Assembly: GCA_963700245.1 (NCBI GenBank)
Contig: CAVOWV010000022.1
Location: 220,787-284,786 of the forward strand
From: an uncultured Chloroflexia bacterium
GTDB taxonomy: Bacteria > Chloroflexota > Limnocylindria > Limnocylindrales > CSP1-4
Reading direction: 5' to 3'
Length of the DNA stretch: 64,000 nucleotides
In this document: piece by piece, positions 57,498 through 64,000 of the stretch
Numbering within the stretch: the stretch's first letter is position 1
Layout: every line of letters begins with the position of its first letter
Translations under genes and position numbers: made by a program
The notes under the pieces: generated by a model
What the model was told of the DNA's origin: nothing
Seen by the model: only the letters and a program-made list of their open reading frames with translations
Databases searched by the model: none

Positions 57498-59359
57498 ACC
57501 ACCGCGGCGACCACGCCCCCGATGACCGCCAGGCCCAGGATCAACAGGATCGGGAGGGTTCCGCCGCCGTTGTCGGCGGGCTGCGGGTCGACGGCCGGGC
57601 TGGGAGCAGGCGTGGGTGCGGCCGTGGGCGTCGGGGTCGCCACCGGGACCGCGGTGACCGTGAGGATCACGTTCGATCTCGCGTTGTCCTTGGTGATCAC
57701 GGGCACGCCGGCATCTGTCGTCCAGAGGGTCGTTCCATCCCAGATCGAGCCACGGGCAACGTAGTCGGCGTTCGGGTCGATCGCCTCGGGGTCATAGGGC
57801 ACGGAGAACGGGACCGGGATGGCTCCGACCGGGGTGATCAGCTGGAAGCCGACGGTCTCGCCCGTGCTGACCTTCACGATCAGGGCTGTCCCGTACGCCT
57901 CGGGATCGCGTGCGGGATCGAGACCGACGCCCGTGATCGTCCCCGACACGGCGCCCTTCAGCAGGTCCGGCCGGTAGGCGAGGAGCAGCTCGACGCCCTC
58001 GGTCAACGGCCAGGGAGCCTTGACCGCCACGCCGACCGGGGTGACCCAGGCCTGGTCACCGTCCTGGATCCCCGCGTACAGGTAGTACGAGGCGCCGGTC
58101 GCGACGGCGTTCATCGGGTAGGCGAGCTCGAACGCGACCGGGACCTGCCCCGGATCCCGGATCGAGACCGACGTGATGATGTTGCCCTCCTTGGGGCCGC
58201 CCGTTCCCTCGACCATGAGGACCACCGCCCGGGCCTCGGCTGACAGGTCGTGGTCCTCGTTGTAGGTCAGCGACCCCTTGATGATCCCCGTGTCCGGCGG
58301 CGGCGAGGCCGACGGGCTTGCGGACGGCGACGGGCTGGGCGACGGCGTCGGCGACGGCGTGGGGGTCGGCGACGGGGTGGGGGCAGGGCTGGCGGTGGGC
58401 TCGGCAGTCGGCTCAGCCGTGGGCTCGGCAGTCGGCTCGGCAGTCGGCTCGGCGGTAGGCGCTGCGGTCGGCTCCGGTGTCGGCTTGGCCGTCGGCGCGG
58501 GCGTCGGCTCGGCGGTCGGCTTCGGCGTGGGCTTCGCGGTTGGCGCGGGCGTCGGCTCGGCGGTCGGCTTCGGCGTGGGCTTCGCGGTTGGCGCCGGCGT
58601 CGGCTTCGGCGTGGGCTTCGCCGTTGGCGCGGGCGTCGGCGCCGGTGTCGATGCCTTGACGACCTCCACCGTCACCGGGCCGATCGGGGACCCTCCCTCG
58701 ATCGCGGGGACGCCGGCAGGCGAACCCCATCGGCTGGCCCCGTCGATGATGGCGGCGCGCACGATGTAGGTCGCATCGGGATCGATGACGTCCGGGTAGG
58801 CGATGGTGAAGGGGATGGGCTCGGTCGTGATGTCCGGGATCACCTCGCGGGCGATGAGCGTCCCCGTGTCCTCGCTGACGAGGGCCGCGATCGCGACCGC
58901 CTCGGGGGTGAGCGCCGACTTGTCCTTGCGCACGATGGTGCCCGTGACCTCACCGCCGTCGGACGGCACCGACGACACGGGGATCGCGACCCCCTCGGTC
59001 GGTCCGCCGGTGATGACCGGGACGGGCTCGGGCGACTGCCAGGTCTTGGCACCATCCACGACGGTCGCGAACACCGCGTAGCTGTGATCGGGGTCGATCG
59101 CCCCGGTGTCGTAGGTGACCGAGTAGGGCACCGGGAACTGGGCCCCCGTGATGCGCTGCTGGCCCACGATCGCCCCGCCGGTGCCCCCTGCGCTCTGGTC
59201 CACGAGCGTCACGACGGCCACTGCGGCAGGCGTGAGGGCGACCTTCTCCTTGGTGGTGATGGTGCCGGTTACGGTCGCCTGGGCGCCCAGGGCGCTCCCA
59301 GCGGGAACGACGCCGGCCAGCAGGAGCAGGGGGATCAGCAGGGCGAACAGCTTGCGCAT
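57473..59359 (-). CDS. Secreted, C-terminally membrane-anchored protein with four YbaY-like domains and a central Pro/Thr/Ala/Lys/Glu repeat linker
   Basis: ORF 57473-60523 trimmed to the ATG at 59359 (GAGG 5 nt upstream). Signal peptide [26 protein letters not shown]. Four repeats match the E. coli YbaY pattern: V[TS]GT[IV]..K.K.AL[TP]P.AV..V.L.D.S..., PVP[FY]...YD...IDP...Y...A.I.DG...W....VPVIT. C-terminal TM helix [19 protein letters not shown] followed by RNRKQA. Confidence 0.75.
58290..58650. repeat. In-frame tandem repeats encoding the PT/PA/PK/PE linker of the surface protein
   Basis: A 48-bp unit GGCGCGGGCGTCGGCTCGGCGGTCGGCTTCGGCGTGGGCTTCGCGGTT occurs as two perfect copies (58494-58541 and 58542-58589), followed by shortened variants to about 58640. 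Upstream, 12-nt GGCTCGGCAGTC-type units (58398-58455) encode AEPT repeats on the minus strand. Confidence 0.85.
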
Positions 59360-59494
59360 GGGTACCTCGGGGCGGCGTGACGGCCGTGACGGCTCGGCGA
59401 GAGTGTACGGACAAGGGCGCGAGCGCGCCGCCCCGGGCCCTCGTGCGCCGGGTTCTGTCCTCGGCCCGGCATCGGAGCCGGCGGCCCCGGGACG

Positions 59495-59500
59495 TACAAT
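59495..59500 (+). promoter_or_regulatory. Putative -10 box (TACAAT) upstream of iscS
   Basis: The layout is TACAAT-N9-ATG(59510) with no Shine-Dalgarno, which implies a leader of 2-3 nt at most. Confidence 0.45.
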
Positions 59501-59509
59501 CCGCGGACG

Positions 59510-60680
59510 ATGCCGGTCTATCTCGATCATGCCGCCACCACGCCGCTGCGCGCCGAGGTCCTCGAGGCGATGCTGCCGTACCTGGGCGGCGTCTTCGGGA
59601 ACCCGTCGTCCGCGCATGCCTGGGGGCGGGTCGCCCGCGAGGCCCTCGACGATGCGCACGAACGGCTGGCGCGAGCGATCGGGGCAGACGCCCGCGAGAT
59701 CGTCTTCACGAGCGGCGGAACCGAGGCGATCAACCTCGCGCTGAAGGGCGCCGCGTGGGCCGGCCGGGCGCGCGGCGCACGGATCGTCACCTCGCCCGTG
59801 GAGCACCACGCGGTCGGGCACGCGCTCAGCCACCTCGAGAAGTTCGGGTTCGAGGTCGTCGAGGTGCCCGTCGACCGCTACGGGCGCGTCGACCCGGCGG
59901 ATGTCGAAGGCGGCGATCACGGACCGCACGATCCTCGTGGCCGTGATGCTCGGCAACAACGAGGTGGGGACGCTCCAGCCCGTGGCCGAGATCGCCCGGG
60001 TCGTCAGGGCACGGCGCGGGATCCTGTTCCACGTGGATGCCGTCCAGGCCGCGCCATGGATGCCGCTCGACGTCGGGGAGCTGGGCGCCGACCTCGTCGC
60101 GCTCGCGGCCCACAAGGCGGAGGGCCCGAAGGGAACGGGTGCCCTCTGGATCCGGAAGGGGACCCACATCCTGGCGCAGCAGCAGGGCGGATCGCAGGAG
60201 CGGCACCGGCGGGCCGGCACGGAGAACGTCGCGGGCGCCGTCGGCATGGCCACCGCGTTCGAGCTCGCGGCCGGGGAGCGGGCGGCCTCGGTCGAGCGGG
60301 TACGGACCCTCAGGGACCGCCTCCTGGCCGCCGTCCTCGCCGTGGACGGGGTGGAGCCGACCGGCCACCCCGTCGATCGCCTGCCGCACATCCTCTCGAT
60401 CCTTGCCCGCGACATCGACGGCGGATCCGTCGCGCTCGCGCTGGACCTCGAGGGGATCGCCGCCTCGACGGGTTCCGCGTGCTCCAGCGGGTCGGATGAG
60501 GTCAGCCACGTCCTGACGGCCATGGGCTACCCGGTCGAGGAGGCCCGGGGTGCGCTCCGGCTGTCGCTGGGTCGCACGACCACGGACGCGGAGATCGACG
60601 ACGCCGCACGGATCGTCCCCGAGGTGCTGCGACGGCTCATCGGTGCCGCGCCGCGTCCGTCCAGGGTGGTCGCCGGATGA
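59510..60680 (+). CDS. iscS: Cysteine desulfurase (IscS/NifS class; one frame disruption near 59909)
   Basis: Starts [12 protein letters not shown], with [12 protein letters not shown]. After the shift (ORF 59901-60680): PLP-Lys motif [12 protein letters not shown] and the catalytic Cys loop [10 protein letters not shown]. Confidence 0.88.
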
Positions 60681-61859
60681 GCCGGATCCTCGTCGCGATG
60701 TCCGGGGGCGTGGACAGCTCGGTCGCGGCCGCCCTGCTCCACGAGCAGGGCCACGAGGTGGTCGGCGTCTGGATGCGCCTCCACGACGTCGCCGACAGCA
60801 CCTCCGAGTTCAGGAAGAGCTGCTGTTCCCTGGATGCGGCAGACGATGCCCGGCGTGTCGCCGCCCGCCTGGGGATCCCGTTCTACGTCATGAACCTGGA
60901 GCGGGAGTTCGGTGCCGGCGTCATCGAGCCCTTCATCGCTGCCTACCTCGACGGCCGCACGCCCAGCCCGTGCGTCGACTGCAACACGATCGTCAAGTTC
61001 GGCGCCCTGCTCGGACGTGCCCGGCGTCTCTACGACTGTGAGGCGGTCGCCACCGGCCACTACGCGCGCCGCCGCGTGGTCGAGACGGCGGATGGCCCAC
61101 GGGCCGTGCTCGCCCTGGCCGCGGACGAGGCCAAGGACCAGACCTACTTCCTGTACGGGCTGCGCCAGGACCAGCTGTGGCACAGCCGCTTCCCCTTGGG
61201 CGACCTGACCAAGCCGGAGGTCCGCGAGGTCGCGCGCGGGCTGGGCCTCGTGACGGCGGACAAGCCCGAGAGCCAGGAGATCTGCTTCGTCCCCGGCGGC
61301 GACTACCGCGCCGAGCTGCGGACGCGCGGCGGCATGGTCGCCGGAGGCAGGGCCCGTCCTCGACGCCGACGGATCCCGGCTCGGCGAGCACGATGGGACG
61401 GCCGGCTTCACCGTGGGCCAGCGCAAGGGGCTCGGCGTGGCGGTGGGGGAGCCCCGCTACGTGTCCCGGATCGACCCCGCGACCAACGCCATCGTGCTCG
61501 GCCGGCGCGAGGACCTCGAGACTCGGACCATCCCGCTCGACGCTGTCAGCTTCGTGGCCGACACGCCGCCGGCCGGCCGGGGTCCTGACGGCAGCTGGCT
61601 GCCGTTCCGGGCGGCCGTGCGCATCCGCCACCGCGCGCCGCTGGTGGAGGCATGGGTCCGCCCCGTGTCCGGGTCGGAGCCGGCTCGCAACGGTGCCTGG
61701 ACGATCGAGACCGACACCCCCGTCTGGGCCGTCGCGCCCGGGCAGGCCTGCGCGCTGTACGACGGCGACGTGTGCCTCGGCGGAGGCCGGATCGACGCGC
61801 CCGGGCCACCGGCCGGAGCGCTCGCGGGTTCCCGGGATTCCGTCGGGGCCCTCGCGTGA
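60677..61859 (+). CDS. mnmA: tRNA-specific 2-thiouridylase MnmA (one frame disruption near 61334)
   Basis: ATGA-type overlap with iscS. PP-loop AMSGGVDSS; ..PCVDCN..; ..DQTYFLY... After the shift (ORF 61413-61859): [11 protein letters not shown]. Confidence 0.88.
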
Positions 61860-62137
61860 CCATCGGGCCTGCGCTCCCGCTCGCGATCCTCGTCGGCTTC
61901 GTGTGCACCGCGGTCTACGTGCTCGTGCGCGGTGGTGCCGGAGGAAGGCTGCCGCTGACGTTCCTCGCAGCCGTGCTGGGCGCCTGGGCGGGTGCCGCCA
62001 TCGGCGCCCGGCTGGGGATCACGTTCCTCGCGATCGGGGACTTCGCGCTCGTGCCGGCCGTGATCGTCTCGGGGGCGGCGATCGGCATCGTCGCCATCCT
62101 GGCCACGTTGGGTCCGCAGTCGAGGAAGGCAGGGTGA
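61856..62137 (+). CDS. Small hydrophobic membrane protein (93 aa, about 3 TM)
   Basis: The GTG overlaps the mnmA stop (GTGA at 61856-61859). High GC3. No family recognised. Confidence 0.5.
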   Translation: MTIGPALPLAILVGFVCTAVYVLVRGGAGGRLPLTFLAAVLGAWAGAAIGARLGITFLAIGDFALVPAVIVSGAAIGIVAILATLGPQSRKAG

Positions 62138-62138
62138 C

Positions 62139-62360
62139 ATGGGTGATCGACGCGTGAGCGACGAGGGCCTGGTGGCGCGGATCGCGGGTGAACCCCCCGC
62201 TCAGGGTGTCCTCACCGAGCTCATGGACCTCCTGGGGGGCGAGAGCGAAGGGTCGCGCCGGTTCCTCGGCGGGATCATCGCCGGGGCGCTGGTCGGCGCG
62301 GCGGTGGCCGGGACGGCCCTCCTGCGGCGGCGCGCCGGCGGAGGCGCCCGCCGGCGCTAG
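62139..62360 (+). CDS. Small protein with one C-terminal TM helix and a basic tail (73 aa)
   Basis: ATG 2 nt after the previous stop. High GC3. Sequence ..FLGGIIAGALVGAAVAGTALL RRRAGGGARRR. No family recognised. Confidence 0.45.
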   Translation: MGDRRVSDEGLVARIAGEPPAQGVLTELMDLLGGESEGSRRFLGGIIAGALVGAAVAGTALLRRRAGGGARRR

Positions 62361-62404
62361 CGTCGGCCTCGGTGCGGTGCGCGGTTCGGAGACCGCCCGT
62401 TCGG

Positions 62405-62410
62405 TACCAT
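62405..62410 (+). promoter_or_regulatory. Putative -10 box (TACCAT), 7 nt before the alaS ATG (leaderless layout)
   Basis: The layout is TACCAT-tgcggtg-ATG(62418) with no Shine-Dalgarno. Confidence 0.45.
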
Positions 62411-62417
62411 TGCGGTG

Positions 62418-64000
<1,583 letters not shown>

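Noticed and set aside
58290-58650. The regular short repeats as a CRISPR array.
   Set aside because: The repeats are contiguous with no unique spacers. They lie in frame inside a coding region and simply encode a Pro/Thr/Ala/Lys/Glu linker. There are no cas genes.

Overview
This 64-kb window is very GC-rich (third codon positions are almost always G/C). It looks like a chromosomal core segment from a monoderm-type bacterium, with Actinomycetota/Chloroflexota-like gene content and order. I can support about 50 protein genes and one tRNA(CAU).

Nearly everything is housekeeping:
- ychF, a MrfA/MrfB-like helicase-exonuclease pair, an ftsB-like gene, ftsH, an M20 dipeptidase, ppa-thpR, trpB2, tyrA, NUDIX
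- nfeD-SPFH, comM-dprA, topA
- a translationally coupled xerC-murJ-femX-femX-murE block
- relA, hisS-aspS, a 4-gene FtsX-type ABC system, typA, iscS-mnmA, alaS

I found no CRISPR array, transposase, prophage, toxin-antitoxin pair, defence island or biosynthetic cluster. I do not see a convincing new multi-gene system in this window.

The most striking property is about 26 single-base frame disruptions in otherwise well-conserved genes, many of them essential. Most behave as one extra base. The most likely cause is insertion-biased consensus error, not biology. The disruptions cluster in trpB2 (5) and alaS (4).

Secondary points worth a look:
- a stand-alone DnaB-C-terminal-type ATPase
- an orphan REC-TadZ/CpaE ATPase next to comM-dprA
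- a surface protein with four YbaY-like domains and a tandem-repeat Pro/Thr linker
- an ABC ATPase with an AbrB-like tail
- two apparent gene fusions that are better explained as hidden frameshifts
- a recurring leaderless promoter layout, with a -10 box 6-7 nt before the start codon

All calls come from reading the sequence and translations and from family motifs recalled from memory. No searches were run. Frameshift coordinates are accurate to about 10 nt.
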